A stretch of DNA of 64,000 nt from Hypanus sabinus (Eukaryota): positions 12,214,001-12,278,000 of the forward strand of contig NC_082731.1 of the NCBI RefSeq assembly GCF_030144855.1, read 5' to 3'. Below the pieces are notes generated by a model. That model did no database searches. It was given only the letters and a program-made list of their open reading frames with translations, and was not told the origin of the DNA. Shown here piece by piece: positions 1-14,092 of this stretch. The stretch's first letter is position 1. Every line of letters begins with the position of its first letter. Made by a program: the position numbers and the translations under genes.

Positions 1-660
1 AAAGAGAGCTTTTTGTACTTTGGCCTTTATAAATCGAAGTGTTGAGTATAGGAGTTGGAATGTAATGGTGAGGATGTATAAGACATTGATGAGACCGAAT
101 TTGGAGTATTGTGTGCAGTTTTGGTCAGCTAATTACAGGAAGGATATTAATAAGGTTGAAAGAGTGCAGAGAAGGTTTACAAGGATGTTGCCAGGATTTG
201 AGAAACTGAGTTATCAAGAAAGGTTGAATAAGTTAGGACTTTATTCCCTGCAGCGTAGGAGAATGAGGAGTGATTTGATGGAGGTGTATACAATTAAAAT
301 GGGTATAGATAGAGTGAATGCACGAAGGCTTTTTCAAGTGAGGCTCGGGGAGCAAAAAACAGAGGTCATGAGTTAAGAGTGAAGGGGGAATAGTTTAAAG
401 GGAACATTAGTGGGGGGACTTTTTCAGGCAGAGCGTGATGGGAGTGTGGAATGAACTGCCAGATGGAGTGGTGAATGCGGGCTCAAATTTGACATTTAAG
501 AAAACCTTGGACAGATATATGGATGAGAGGGGTTTGGAGGGATGTGGCCCAGGTGCAGGTCAGTGGGACGAGGCAGAAAAATGGTTCGGCACAGCCAAAA
601 AGGGCCAAAAGGCCTGTTTCTGTGCTGTAATGCTCTATGGTTCTATGGTTCAATGGTTGT
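1..660 (+). mobile_element. CR1-clade LINE, 3' fragment (RT C-terminus and 3' end)
   Basis: ORFs 20..376 and 435..662 carry CR1 ORF2 C-terminal motifs (RPNLEYCVQFWS, LGLYSLQRRRMRSDL, VWNELP); element ends in short (TCTATGGT)-type repeats near 633-658. Confidence 0.9.
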
Positions 661-1993
661 GAGGATGCGCAGATATTTACTGAGTGAATTGGAGAAGCCA
701 GGTGTGTGCTGCACAGGGTCAATCATAATATTAAACAGTGGAATTTGTTTAAGGGATCAAATGGTTTCCAAATAGTTCTGTGTATCGTATTCTTACGGCA
801 TGATGTTGAAATTAATGTTTCAATATTTCTTATCTTGGAATGCTTCCATATTAATTGTCCCAGTAGCATCTTCTGCCCTATTTCATGTTTTTCTCAATAA
901 TTTTCATCTCATAAATGTATCCAACACCTGAAAAGTGATGTCACTAGTATTGAAACGATAATGCATTATCTGCAATGCATAAACGCTGTCATCAGTCTCA
1001 AGTTAGTTACGATCTATTAACTACTTTGCCCGATTTCCGTATCAGTTACTTGGAGGTTAGAAGCTGCCGTTTGAAATCGGAAGCGCACCTGCTGACCACA
1101 AACAACAGACAGCTCGATCTAAGAGTTCAGATATTCAATGATGTTAAAGGTGTGCACTTGCACGAAGTTCTTTAACCCGATTATTTCTTTAGGAGTTACA
1201 TTATAGGTAATAGATACAGAAAGCAGGTGAAACTTGAAATGCTTTACTTACGCTCAGAAGCAAAGCTAAAACTGTTCCGCATTTATCATATAGAATCCTT
1301 GTTTAGTTCCTGCGAGATTGATCCACCATCCAACCTAATCCCATGTCTCGCATGGAGCCAACGCCAAATGTAAAATGTCCAAAATTGAAAGATTATTTCC
1401 ACAAAATTATACTTACTATTATGTCCAATAATACACGTTTCATTCAGGTTAGTAATAATGTTTAACAAATAATATTGATGCAACAAGCTTCACAGCCATC
1501 CTTTGCAGCAGTACTACTTCAATGATATTGCATGTTTGAGAATTAAACCACGGCAGTGTAAATTTTAACATACTATTTCCTTATCTTTCTGAGTACGTTC
1601 ATTGCCCTGACTACAATGTTTATGAATTTTAAGGTGGGCTTGTTAGCGGACGCTGTTGATTCGTAATATTGGATTCATAATATTGTCTTCCCATTTCATT
1701 AGTTTCCTGTAGTTTCAAGTTAAATACACAGATATAATGCGGTTAATCAGTAACTTTTCTGCGTTTTAGTAATTACCGCAGAGCAGGTCAAAATTTTGTG
1801 ACAAAGGTGAAAGTCCAGAATTTTATATATGCTATTATTTTCTCTCCCTGCATTTCACTCAATATGGGTGCGGACCGGGAAATCTGTGGCACACAGAGGA
1901 ACATCGTAGTGATCAGCCCACTACCCCGTATGAGAACGTAGTACTACCAAACTAAGGGCTTGATACAATGATTTCGAACCCCGCACATGCCCG

Positions 1994-1995
<2 letters not shown>

Positions 1996-2033
<38 letters not shown>
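1996..2033. repeat. (CA)19 microsatellite
   Basis: Directly visible perfect CA run. Confidence 0.97.
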
Positions 2034-2037
<4 letters not shown>

Positions 2038-2049
2038 ATTACGACAGAG

Positions 2050-2900
2050 AACTGGAATTCATCAATGGTAAAAGCGCTAAGTGTGTCTGCTTACTCACTC
2101 CGGTATCGGTGGGTGTGAGTTTGATCTCAAAACCGAGCTGTGCAGTGCCACATTCTCAGCTGTACTATCCCTCTAATTCCTGCATCGCTGACACGTGGCA
2201 CAGGGGTTAAATGGTGAAATTACAACCCTAGAGAGTCTGAATGGATGGACCGCTTTCTGCAAACGGCTTGAAGCTGCTCCAATTAAGTTAGAGTAGTAAG
2301 CGGCGAGTTTTCCACCAGGCTTTCGGCTTATGCCTTGTGGAAAATGCAAAGAGTCTGGAATATCAAGAGGTGAATGACGTGTGTCAGAATATACAACCTG
2401 AGGTACACTTCCAGCCTTAGCTTTTATCTACCTGCTCCAGCTAAAGCTACCTCTGGTGAAGACGCTGTACGCCGGAAGCAGTTGGTTAGACTCCTTCCTG
2501 TTGAAGATGGTAACGATTCGACAGTTATGTAGTCTCTTGGATCTCATCAGTGTCTGACTGAAGTTCGCCCGGGTCTTGTTGCAAATTGGCGTGATCTGCC
2601 GCATAGTCTGAGAAGCTACGAATATTCAGGTTCTAGTCAGAAAAAAAGGAGACTAGAACAGACTTGACAGATCTGCCATTTGTTGTTGAAATAGACACTT
2701 CAGACGCGGAGGTTGGGGTTGTTCTTTCGCAGCGACCACTGTCTGACCAGAAACTCCACCCCTCTGCTTTCTTCTCCCGGCAGAAATGAATTATGACACA
2801 GGGAATACAGAGCTATTGCCGGTCAGATTAGCACTGAAGGAGCGGTGACGTTGTGGAATGGGCTAAGCATCAATTTGTGGTCTGGACCGATATGAAGAAG
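2050..2900 (-). mobile_element. Highly degenerate non-LTR retrotransposon remnant, possibly RTE-clade RT
   Basis: Minus-strand translation across stops gives weak echoes of RTE RT motifs (FSDYAA..GELQ, LEQVDK, WWKTRR). No intact ORF. Confidence 0.35.
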
Positions 2901-3044
2901 CTGGCCTATATCAAAGAAGCGAAGCAGTCAAGTTAGTACCATGTTCGGTGGTCTCTCTTTTTTAACCGTTTTGATTTTATCTTTACCTACCATCCTGGTT
3001 CGACGAATCAGAACCACAAGACCTGATCGCCGTTCCAGAACCTA

Positions 3045-4640
3045 CAGTGCCTATAAAATGTATTCACCCCCTTGGAAGTGTTCGTTTTATTGCTTCACGC
3101 TGGATTTTATCTTGCCTTTTCACAGTAATCAACAGGAAGAGTATTTTGTGTCAGAAATGAAAACAGATCTCTGCAAAGTGATCTAAATTAATTGCAAATA
3201 TAAAACATAAAATAAATGATTGCGTAAGTATTCACCCCCTTCAAGTCAGTATTTAGTTGATGCATCTTAGGCATCTTAGCCTTGAGTCTGTGTGGATGGG
3301 TCCCTGTCAGCTTTGCACATCTGGACACCGCAATATTTCCCCATTCTTCTTTACAAAACTGCTCAAGTTTTATCAGATTTCATGGGGATCGTGAGTGAAC
3401 AGACTTTTTCAAGTCCAGCCACAAATGCTCAATTACATCGAGGTATGGATTCTGACTTGGCCACTCCAGCACATTAACATTGTTTAAGCCATTTCTGTAG
3501 CGTTGTCTTTATGCTTGGGGTCATTGTCACGCTGAGAAACAAGTCTTCTCCCAAGCCTCAGTCCCCTTGCAGACTGCATTGGTTTTCCTCCAGGATATCC
3601 CTGTATTTTGCTGCATTCTTTTTACCCTCTACCTTCACAAGCCTTCCAGGGCCTGCTGCAGTGAAGCATTCCCACAGCGTGATGCAGCCGCCACCGTGCT
3701 TCACAGCAGGGTTGGAATATTTTTGGTGATGTACAGTGTTCGCCTTACGCCAAGCAGAGTTTGGACAGATGGCCAGAATACTCAATTTTTGGTTTCATCA
3801 TAGAGCTTCCTTGCAGCTGACTTCAGACTCTCACACATGCCTTCTGGAAACCTTTGGCCGAGTTTTCATGTTCGTCTTGTTCAACAGTGGCTTTCTCTTT
3901 GCCACTCTCCCATAAAACTGCAGCTGAGAATGCAAGCGGGCAATAGTTGTTGTATGTGCAGTCTCTCCCTTCTCAGCTACTGAACCTTGTGACTCATCCA
4001 GAGTTGTAATTGGCCTCTTGATGGCCTCCCTCACTAGTCCCCTGCTTGCACGGCATTCAGTTTGTGAGGACGGCCTGCTTTAGGCAGATTTACAGCTGTG
4101 TTATATTTTTTCCATTTCTCAGTGATTGACTTAACTGTACTCCAATGGATTTTCAGTGACTTGGGAATATTCTTGTATCCATCTCCTGACTTGTGCTTTT
4201 CAATAACCTTCTCCTGGAGTTGCTTGGAATGTATGTTTTGATCTGTATGGTGTTTTGCCAGGATATTGACCCATCAGCAGTTGGATCTTCCAGATATAGG
4301 TGTATTTTTGCTACAATCATTGACACCATAAACACACACAGGTCTCCAACATCAGATCTCTATTGAATTAATTATATGACTTCTAAAACCAATTGGCTGC
4401 ACCAATGATGATTTGGAGTGTCATATTAAAGGAGGCGAATAATTATGCAATGAACTATTTTGAGTTTTATATTTGCAATCAATAGATATCTTTGTAGAGA
4501 TCTTTTTTCACTTTTACACGAAAGAGTCTTTTTCTGCTGATCAGTTTCAAAAAAGCCAAATTAAATCCACTGCGATATCATGCTACAACACAATAAAACA
4601 TGAAAACTTCGTGTGAGTTGAATACATTTTATAGGCACTG
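3045..4640 (-). mobile_element. Tc1/mariner DNA transposon (1596 bp, IR/DR type), transposase decayed
   Basis: Terminal inverted repeats CAGTGCCTATAAAATGTATTCA at both ends, TA duplication at 3043-3044 and 4641-4642, about 200 bp imperfect inner IRs. Minus-strand fragments PAVKHGGGCITLWECFTAAGPGRLVKVEG and GRVAKRKPLL are typical of Tc1 transposase. Confidence 0.95.
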
Positions 4641-4642
4641 TA

Positions 4643-5630
4643 TCTTCCCGAGGTCTAGGCTGGTGGCACCACTCCGAGAGCAGGTTGCTACCATCATCAG
4701 GAAGGGCACGAGTGCAAGAGGCGGACCCATAGAACTATCCACCGCGTTGCGCTTTCCTCCCTAATTTTCTCAATTCAGGTTTATTACAGTGGGGGCATCG
4801 TAGGACATCCCGGGATACTGCTCGAACGGCGAAATTAATGAAGATGCGGTCTGGTGGTCGGGCATGGTGAGGAATGTTAAATCATGGATGGCAGCCTGTC
4901 ATTTCTGCGCCCAGGAAGAGAAACCCAGATTACGGGCACAGGAGCAGCTGGACCTACTGCCCCATATCTCCATGGACTTCACTGCCGGCCAAACTACCAT
5001 CGTGATTACGGTGGTGGTGGACCGGTTCTCCAAGGACAGTCGAATTTTGACTCTACCCAAGCGTCCTTCAACTTTGGAGACGGCCAGCCTTAAGCTGCAA
5101 CGTGTTCCCCCCGGGAAGTAGCTCCTGACCGACGCCGTCAGTTGACTTCCCGGTTCCGGAACGCCTTGTATTGCCTCCTGGGAGAGACGGTCAGCTTCTC
5201 ATCGGTATTTCACCCGCAGTCCAAGGGGCAGACTGAGATGGAGCAACCAGGACATGGAAAGGACCCCGAGCTGGCTTGATCGGTAAAACAAACGGCCTGG
5301 TGTGATCACCTGCTCTGGGCAGAGTTTGCTTTTCTACAGGTATGTCTCCGTTTCAGAATTGGTTTGGTTATCAACTCCGTCTGTTTACCGAGCAAGAGTC
5401 CGAGGTGGGAGAACTGCCTGCTGAACAGTTCGCCTGTCGTTGCTGGCAAAGGCGTAGAAATGCTCGGGCCGCCCTGCTGAAGGCCTCTCTGCAACCAAAG
5501 CGGCATGTCAACAGTCGAGGGAGGCGAGGGCCTTCTTTCCGTCCTGGTCAGAGGGTCTGGCTGTCTCGGAAATTGGGTCCAAACCATATAGCGCTGTTGA
5601 AGGTTCACAGATGCACGCAGTCACTTACTG
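4643..5630 (+). mobile_element. Gypsy/Ty3 LTR retrotransposon pol (integrase) remnant; continues left of the Tc1 at about 2960-3042
   Basis: ORF 4864..5121 has the integrase zinc-finger C..C (CHFC) and core HISMDF...VVVDRFSK...LPKRPSTLETA; LLQWGH..GHPG-like sequence near 4790-4815. Confidence 0.8.
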
Positions 5631-5734
5631 TTTTCAGTTGCTACAGCCGCTCTCTCTCTCCCTCTCCCCTTCTCGCTCGATGCTGCGGGAGGATGGTAAT
5701 GGAGTCTTGGGTAGTGGGCAAAGTTTAATCCACG

Positions 5735-7150
5735 CGTTTTCAAGGACAATAGGCCAAGCAATTATAGGCTTATCAGTCTGACGTCAGTGGTGGGTAAATT
5801 AGTGGAAAATGTTCTTAGAGATGGTATATATAATTATCTGGATAGACAGGGTCTGATAAGGAATAGTCAGCATGGATTTGTGCATGGAAGGTCCTGTTTG
5901 ACAAATCTTATTGAATTTTTTGAGGAGGTTACGGGGAAAGTTGACGAGGGTAAAGCAGTGGATGTTGTCTATATGGACTTCAGTAAGGACTTTGACAAGG
6001 TTCCGCACGGAAGGTTAGTTAGGAAGGTTCAATCGTTAGGTATTAATATTGAAGTAGTAAAATGGATTCAACAGTGGCTGGATGGGAGATGCCAGAGAGT
6101 AGCGGTGGGTAACTGTTTGTCAAGTTGGAGGCCGGTGACTAATGGTGTGCCTCAGGGATCTGTACTGGGTCCAATGTTGTTTGTCATATACATTAATGAT
6201 CTGGATGATGGGGTGGTAAATTGGATTAGTAAGTATGCAGTTGATACTAAGGTAGGTAACGTTGTGAATAATGAAATAGGTTTTCAAAACTTGCAGAGAG
6301 ATTTAGGCCAGTTAGAAGAGTGGGCTGAACGATGGCAGATGGAGTTTAATGCTGATAAGTGTGAGGTGCTACATTTTGGTAGGAATAATCCAAATAGGAC
6401 ATACATCGTGAATGGTAGGGCATTGAAGAGTGCGGTAGGACAGAGTGATCAAGGAATAATGGTGCATAGTTCCCTGAAGGTGGAATCTCATGTGGATAGA
6501 GTAGTGAAGAAAGCTTTTGATCTGCTGGCCTTTATAAATCAGAGCTTTGAGTATAGGAGTTGGGATGTAATGTTAAAATTGTACAAGGCATTGGTAAGGC
6601 CGAATTTGGAGTATTGTGTCCAGTTCTGGTCACCGAATTATAGGGAAGATGTCAACAAAATAGAGAGAGTACAGAGAAGATTTGCTAGAATGTTACCTGT
6701 GTTTCAGCACCCAAGTTACAGGAAAAGGTTGAACAAGTTAGGTCTTTATTCTTTGGAGCGTAGACGGTTGAGGGGGGACTTGATAGAGATATTTAAAATT
6801 ATGAGGGGGTAGATAGATTTGACGTGGATAGGCTTTTTCATCGAGAGTAGGAGAGATTCAAACAAGAGGACATGAGTTGAGAGCTAGGGGGCAAAATTTT
6901 AGGGGTAACACGAGGGGGAATTTCTTTACTCAGAGAGAGGTAGCTGTGTGGAATGAGCTTCCAGTAGAAGTGGTAGTGGCAGGTTCGGTATTGTCATTTA
7001 AAGTAAAATTGGATAGGTACATGGACAGGAAAGAATGGAGGGTTATAGAGTGCGTGTCAGTGGGTCTAGGTGAGAGTTAACGTTCGGCACGGACTAGAAG
7101 GGCCGAGATGGCCTGTTTCCGTGCTGTAACTGGTATATGGTTGTATGGAT
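5735..7150 (+). mobile_element. CR1-clade LINE, 5'-truncated, 341-aa RT ORF (5787..6812)
   Basis: QHGFVHGRSCLTNL, VYMDFSKDFDKVPH, GVPQGSVLGP. The catalytic YADD motif reads YAVD, so this copy is inactive. Confidence 0.95.
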
Positions 7151-7309
7151 TGGACTCTGTTGGTCATGTCATGGTGCGTTCCTGATTTCTGGTTACTCCT
7201 TGTTTATTGTTACTTTGTGTGGTTTCGGTAGGGGCGGAGCGCTTCTGCAGTCTGTAGTCAAAGAACGACATAGTGCTAAGTTGAACTGAACTGAACTAAA
7301 CTGAACGTC

Positions 7310-7525
7310 CCTAGACTGTTTCAATGACTTTGTGGCTTGATGTTTTATAGTCTTTGTTTTTATTTCGTTTTGCCGTTCGCGTGATTTGTTTTTTATGTGT
7401 GTTGGGGGTTTGATATTTTTCTTTGAACGGGTTCCACAGTTTTCTTTGTTTCGTCACTGTCTGTAGGAAGACGAATCTCAGGATTGTATACTGCATACGT
7501 ACTTGACAATAAATGTACTTTAAAT
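7310..7525 (+). mobile_element. LINE 3' UTR fragment (Rex1-type family, recurs in the window)
   Basis: Ends GAATCTCAGGATTGTATACTGCATACGTACTTGACAATAAATGTACTTT; related ends occur near 36900-36980, 52150-52230 and 57940-58010, the last directly following a Rex1-type ORF. Confidence 0.55.
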
Positions 7526-7896
7526 CTTCGCATCCTCGAACTTCTCTTTTTCACATACTTTTGTTCCATGATTTGCATACAGTACTTTGTTAATGAGTTG
7601 TATACTTTCATAACAAATTAATCTTTGAATCTTTCATTGGTCTTTATGTAGCTGTTGTTTGACCGACAAGGCAATCTAATCTTCTTCGTGGATGAGGTTA
7701 TATGCCAAAAAGGCAAAGGAACTAGCTGAGATCGGTGAATTTGGCACCATGGGCAAGTTCGGAGGACGGGCTCACTTCCGTGCTGTTTGCCTCCTTAACT
7801 ATGGCGCTACAAAATTCTCAGCATAACTGCAGTAAGATGGACATGGCCTCACAAATTCCTCAGAGGCCCACACCGTCAGTAATGTCCTAAACCACC

Positions 7897-8200
7897 CGCG
7901 GAAGCCATAGATTCATAAAGCTCAGAAACAGACTCTTCGGCTTGATTCTCAATGCGCCCAGTTATCGGTCGAAGCGTGTCCTATTTATCGTCATTTGGAC
8001 AATATCCCTCTAAGCTATATTCCTGTCCAAACGCTTTATTAGTGCACTTATTGTACCACTTCCTCTGGCAACCCGTTCTACTTAACCACCGGCTGTTGTG
8101 TGAAGAAGCTGTCGATCAGAGTTTTTTTTTAATTTTAACTCTGTCCCTTTTCAGCATAAAACGACGGCCTCTAATATTTATCCCTTTTCTTAGGAATATT
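7897..8200 (-). mobile_element. CR1 3'-end fragment, degenerate
   Basis: Reverse complement resembles the CR1 3' ends elsewhere in the window. Confidence 0.55.
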
Positions 8201-8699
8201 ATTTTTACATTCACCATATATGTTACCTTCATAATGTTATACATTTTGAAAATGGCACACTGCAGTCTACCATGCTCAAAGAAATAAAGTCAAAGTCAAA
8301 GTAAACTTACATCGAAGTGTGTGTAAATGTTATCAAACACTTCCTCGAGATTTGTGTTTCTCAGTGATTTACAGGAAAATAAATACGATAATTTTTTTGA
8401 AAAGCTATAAATAAACAAACGTTGGCAACCAATGTCAATGCCAAAACACATTGTGTAAACAAAAACAATAGCAGCGAGAACACCAGTTGTAGAGTGATTG
8501 GAATTGATTCGGTAGGTTGTCGAATCAGTTCACAGTTGTGGTGAGCAAGTTGACCACGCCAGATCAGAAGTCTGATGGTTGTAGGGAAATAACAGATCCA
8601 CCCACACTGCCCATAAGCATAATGCATCTTCATAACCTTTTTTCGCATTCTTTCACGTTTAACAAGATCGTCCCTAAAACAGAATAACGAAAACTGTAC

Positions 8700-9230
8700 A
8701 CAATAGTCCAGGTACTACATGACAAAGCCTTTGCAGTTCCGGTTGCCTCATTATAAGAAGGAATTAGAAGCTTTAGAGGGAATGCAGAGGAGATTTCCCA
8801 GGTTGCTGTCTGAATTAGAGAGCATGTCTTATGAGAACGAGCCAGCCTTATTCCGTTTGAATCAAAAGAGAGCGTAAGGTGAATTGATAGAGACGTACAA
8901 GATGATAAGAGGCATAGATTGAGAGGGCAAACAAAGACTAGTTCCCACAGCGGAGATGTTTCATATGAGGGGCATTAGTTATAGTTGAATGCAGGAGTGT
9001 GCAGGAGGAACGTCAGAGGTACCGTATTACACACAGAGTGGTAGTGGTGCAAGAGACCGAGATATTACTTAAGAGATCCTTAGAGAGGCACGTTGAAGAA
9101 AGAAAGGTGGAGGGCTTTTGGGGAAAAATCAGTTAGATTGATCTTCGAGTATGTGAAACGTTGGCACAACATCGTGGTCTGAATGGCATGTACTTCGTTA
9201 TACTAGCCTCATTAATTTCATTATTGTCCT
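8700..9230 (+). mobile_element. CR1 3' fragment, degenerate
   Basis: Similar at DNA level to 6600-7150 (GAATGCAGAGGAGATTT, GATAGAGACGTACAAGATGATAAGAGGCATAGA). Confidence 0.7.
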
Positions 9231-12200
9231 CGGAATTGAACCCAATCATTTTCGATCCCGAGCGTCAGGCAAAGAAAGAGAAGGAACAGTTCCGAATACT
9301 ATTGATATAGCCTGAACAGATACCTCGTTATATTTTAGCTTCATACCTTCCGATACAAGGAGTAACGTTTCTGGCCAATTACAGAAGCCTATAAATAAAG
9401 TATAACAATCATTCACTTTCCAAACGATTAAGGCGCTTTGCGAAACGTGACTTCCTGCTGATTTTTACCTTCATTACTATCCCGCTCACTCCTCCGCAAA
9501 ACGCACATTCCTAACTCTACTCAAATATGCATGCATACAAATGCCCCGCAGTGAAATAGCTATCACGGTCAAATCGATCTAATTCATATATTAATTTTCA
9601 TAAATTCTCCCCGCACTTTTAATATTAACCTTTCAACCCCTGGTCCTCGGATTTGACTCCCATGAGGTTATCACGATCCAAATCTTCCACAGTGGTTAAT
9701 GTCTTAACGATTTCTATTAGTTCTCCAAACAAAGTAGCTATCGTATACAGTATTTAACATTTTTAATCCTCTAAAACGAGTGGTTGATCAAGGGATCCCT
9801 GTTTCCGAAACTCTCTGTAAATTTCTCGTCAGAAATGTACTTCAAGCCAATTGCAACTTTTATTGACATAATTTATAGTAATGTCGCCACAGGAGCCTAG
9901 TCCTTCAACAAAATTTAAAATAAAACCAAAACAACGCTGTAAACACTCAACAAGTGCGACTTCGCTAGTCTTCAAATTTCAGTTTCATCTTCACTCCAGA
10001 ATTTATCTATTCCCTTTCGAGCGGTAATCTGCTCTCGGATAATTTCAGATGTAAAACTACCGTTGAAACCGGAACTGCACCTGCATCATGAGGACATACC
10101 TTGAACGGTAAAATTTAGACCCAGGTATTGGCAAACGTCCCCCCATCCCACAGTGTGTTTTTTTCTTAAACCACAACTATTAAGAGCTAGACATCTATTT
10201 ACTCAGATAAACGTCGATTTCGCAATGGTGAAGTGGGCATTGTGTTCTTTGCATGGAAAGTATCTGCAGTTTCAGCCGCAGAGCGGAAATCCCCCTCGCA
10301 CACGGGTGACGCACTGCCAATTTAACTGAATTAATTTTGAATGAGTATTTTCAAGACACTGAAATTCCTGCTGCCTTACATGGGCCAATCATCAAAAAGG
10401 AAACTTTTTATATTTACAACCTACGTTGGTCAAGATATTATGATCTGTTGTATTAGATGAAGCTACATCTATTCAGGATAAGGTTTGCAAACTTTAATTC
10501 TTATTCCAGAGAAAGCATATACTTAAGGCAAAGAATCAAGCAGATTAACATAAAAGGAAGATATCCTGTGGATTACTGGATTTCTGGCAATAAGCTGCAT
10601 TCCTTCTCCATCTAAATAAATTCGTGCTCCCGATTGGACGTTACGTGTCTGCCTCTGAGCGGCTGGGCATTATTTCAGAGTTTCAACATTTCATTTCATT
10701 TCGTTACATAAGCGATAACATTAAACCGAGAAAAGCGACCCATAATGCTTGTTATTTCAGCGACAATTCACTTTAATCTGCAAATATTATAACGGCTTGA
10801 GACTGATAAGAAAAGACGGGTGCTGGAAATGAAAAAAAAAACAACACACAAAAAAACGTTGTAAGCACTCAACAAGTCAGGCCCAATCAATGAAAAGAAA
10901 AACTGGTAACTTTTTCAGGTCACAGATACTTTGATAAGATTGCTAATGATTGTAACTGAGTAATGTGTTAATTCTCCCTTAAGGTCAGCTCGAGTCTACT
11001 TCATTTATTTGTCCTGCGCTTCAAAAGTGCACTCTGGAGTTGACAGGGGTTCCTTTAACCATTACTGTGATTAGATAAATAATTCAGTCATGTGAATGTA
11101 TAGAATGTTGCCCGTTGATCTGCAGCTATATTTGATAATCCTGGTCAGGACTGAAACAAGGTCGCTAATTTCTCAATGACGGAAATGCTGATGGAAGTAG
11201 CATGTGACAATGCAAAAACGAGTTTAAGATGTTGATCGTAGATTTCATCGGTCAGGTAATTCAGCAGAGCAGGTTTCTGGTAGTGAATCCCCGAATACAC
11301 TGGTCGGACCTGAGCAAAGGAAGTATGCTGTACATTTTCAGATGGACATTAGTATTCGCTGTTAGAACCAGCTTAATGAGATGTAAGTACTGAAATATGA
11401 AAGTTTACACAAGATGGTCATGTTAAGATATGAATAGTGACTGTTAATTTTAATAATGACTCGGATTAATGACCTTGAAGTAGAAGCGCTAGCGAACTTT
11501 AGAGAAAAAAGGATTAAGTGAGCAAAATTCAACTGTGGCAAAATGAGAATGGAGCTTATGACTCTGTAATTAAGAAAGATAAGTCTGAGAATTTATTGCC
11601 GGAGACGAAAGCCTTTTCAAAGACAAAGTATATAATTTACCAGAAGTAAAAACATTGCTATAAAATATATTTACATGGTTTTATGATTATATTTTACGTT
11701 GAGCAGAGGAGCCGGAATACAGAAGACTGACATTTCTGTTTTGAAATTCGGCAAACTGCGATCTGATGTAGGATCTAGACCCAAAACTTAGACCGTTCCT
11801 ACCCCCTTCCTTAGATGCTGCTCCACCTGCTGAATTCCATCAGAAGATCGTTTGTTGCTCTATATACTTTATGCTCTATAATCCGTAGTATCCTATGACT
11901 CAGAACAGCAAATCTGATGAGGTATATTTCCCCTGAAATTTTAAATGTGTTTCTCCTTCACCAGACGCTGCCTGACTGTCTAAGTATTCCCAGCATTTCC
12001 AGTTTCTATTTTGAACCTTTATTTTGTGCCCCGTCTGGCTCACAACATACAGACCTGGTTACTGCACGTCAAAATGACTATACTGCCTAGGAGCCGTAAC
12101 GAAAATTCTGTAGAACCATACCATGGCATAGAATAATAGCTTGATGTGGGATGAGGCAATTGATGCTTTTGGAACATTAAACGCATTTCGATAAAGACAT

Positions 12201-12529
12201 TTCATGAGTAGGAATAGTTTCCCATGTACACGGAATAAAACGCAATAAAATATAAATTTTAAAATACAATTTCAATGAGTGACAGTGTTTGATACAAAAG
12301 CTTTAGAATATATCACGAATGTTCCCCCCTCGGAACTCGGACGCCATTAGTTCATAAAGCTGCGCACAGAAGCAGGTCAAACGGCTTAGAATCCCTCTCG
12401 CCCATCTCCATCCGAACGGCTGCTGGAAAAGGAGGTTTATTTTTACCTTCGCCATATTTATGCCCCATTTTACATACATAGTTCTAATTTCGGTTTCATG
12501 GAGACACACAGGCGAACAACACACAAAGG

Positions 12530-13330
12530 TGCCTCCTTGCTGCCCCACACTAATCCCATTAACTTATAATAAACCCGTGGACGTCTGAGACCTAAGGATT
12601 TAAGTACCTGTTAAGATGACTCGCGACTACCTGCCTCCGCCACATTTTCAGGCCTCGCATTGCAGACTGCAATCCTGTTTCGTGTGAAATAAACCCCGAT
12701 TTCGCTAAACCTTCTACCTTTCACCATCAAAATACGGCCTCTTGGCTTAAGCTCGCTGATCACAGGTACTATCTGTTTCACATATCCTTTTCATAATTTT
12801 ATATGCCTCAGTCAGCTCATCCTTCACCCTCCCTTGCTCCTGGAATAACACATCTAACCTAGCCTTACAATTCATTCTCTTCTTATAGCTAAAGTATTGC
12901 AATCCAGGTAAATATCTTCTCCGGCCTTTTCAGCGCTACCCCATCCTTCCTACAACGAGAATAGCACGCAGTGCGCTCGGTGGGGTCTCATCGATGTTTT
13001 ATGAAGTTGTAACATAACAACCAGACTCTTTCAGTCTATGCCACGGCCAGTGAAATAAAATATGCCAAAGGGTTTGATCTGCAAGATCCCTCTGTTCATC
13101 AATACGGCCTTGGGCCCTACCCTCCCGAAATGCATAATCTCGCAATTGTCAGGATTAATTTCAATATATCACTCTTCCACCCAACTTTTTAACTGCTCTT
13201 GCACAAGCTGCAATCTTAAGCAACATTCATTACCATTTACAACACTTCCAATGTTCATACTGTATTCAACCTTGCTTATTATGCCTCCTACAATGACCTC
13301 CAACTGGTTAGTGCATATTATAACCACCAA
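12530..13330 (-). mobile_element. CR1 fragment, degenerate
   Basis: Reverse complement follows the CR1 RT C-terminal and 3' layout seen in other copies. Confidence 0.55.
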
Positions 13331-13890
13331 AAAAGCTTGCAACAATCGTTATCGTAAACGATTGGCCAGGGGGTTGCAATCGGGAAAAAAAACAGCATTT
13401 CCACCCTGCTTTCAATTCCGAAATACATTTTCGATAATGTGCTAGCCTTCCCTAGTTACATAGGTTCTAGCCCTCTAGATGAGACCCCTATCATTAAATG
13501 CCTTTCTAATTCCTAATGTTGAAAAGACCCCACCCACTGACATGAAGACTGAATTGTTCAGCTGCAGGAATCATTGACACTGGGATTTGTCCACTTTCCT
13601 GTGTCACAAGGCGTCTATCAGCACTCTCCCCTACTCCTCGAAACTAACGAGCTCTAAAGAAAAACAGTTTCTTACCTTGAATTGTCGCTCAGCCGTGCAC
13701 TATCCAGAGTGGATACGCGTTCTGTATGTCGGTGCTTTAAGAGGTCTCTATCAAGGGGCACATCAACTTTGACCTTTCAAAAGGATGGAAAGAACTCAGC
13801 TTGCTTAAATTTCCAAGATAGGCAACCCTGGTTAAATCTTTGAAATGGAAATTTACCCCACCTGTTAGAATATTGAAATATAGCGTGGTG

Positions 13891-14030
13891 ATGTTACCCC
13901 TTCTTCAAAAGGCAACGGTTTATATTCAGGGACTCAGTTGCCAATTCGTACACATTTTGACCCTTTATTATCACCAGGACTCCAAAGGTTATGGGGCCAT
14001 TGGTGCTTAGCATTGTATGTTCCCATATTC
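13891..14030 (+). CDS. Candidate leader (L-PART1) exon of the V gene; two alternatives
   Basis: Option A: ATG 13891 to donor AAAG|GTTATG after 13987 (phase 1, gives ...HQDSKG-EQNV). Option B: ATG 13991 to donor C|GTTAAA after 14030 (phase 1, MGPLVLSIVCSHI). Both fit the phase-1 acceptor at 14093. The sequence alone cannot decide between them. Confidence 0.4.
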
Positions 14031-14092
14031 GTTAAATATATTTTGGAGAAATATAGTCGTATTTAACCCATTAATGACACTGGTTGTTCTAG

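Noticed and set aside
10149-10180. Perfect heptamer CACAGTG as a possible RSS
   Set aside because: No nonamer at 12 or 23 nt and no adjacent V/D/J coding sequence.
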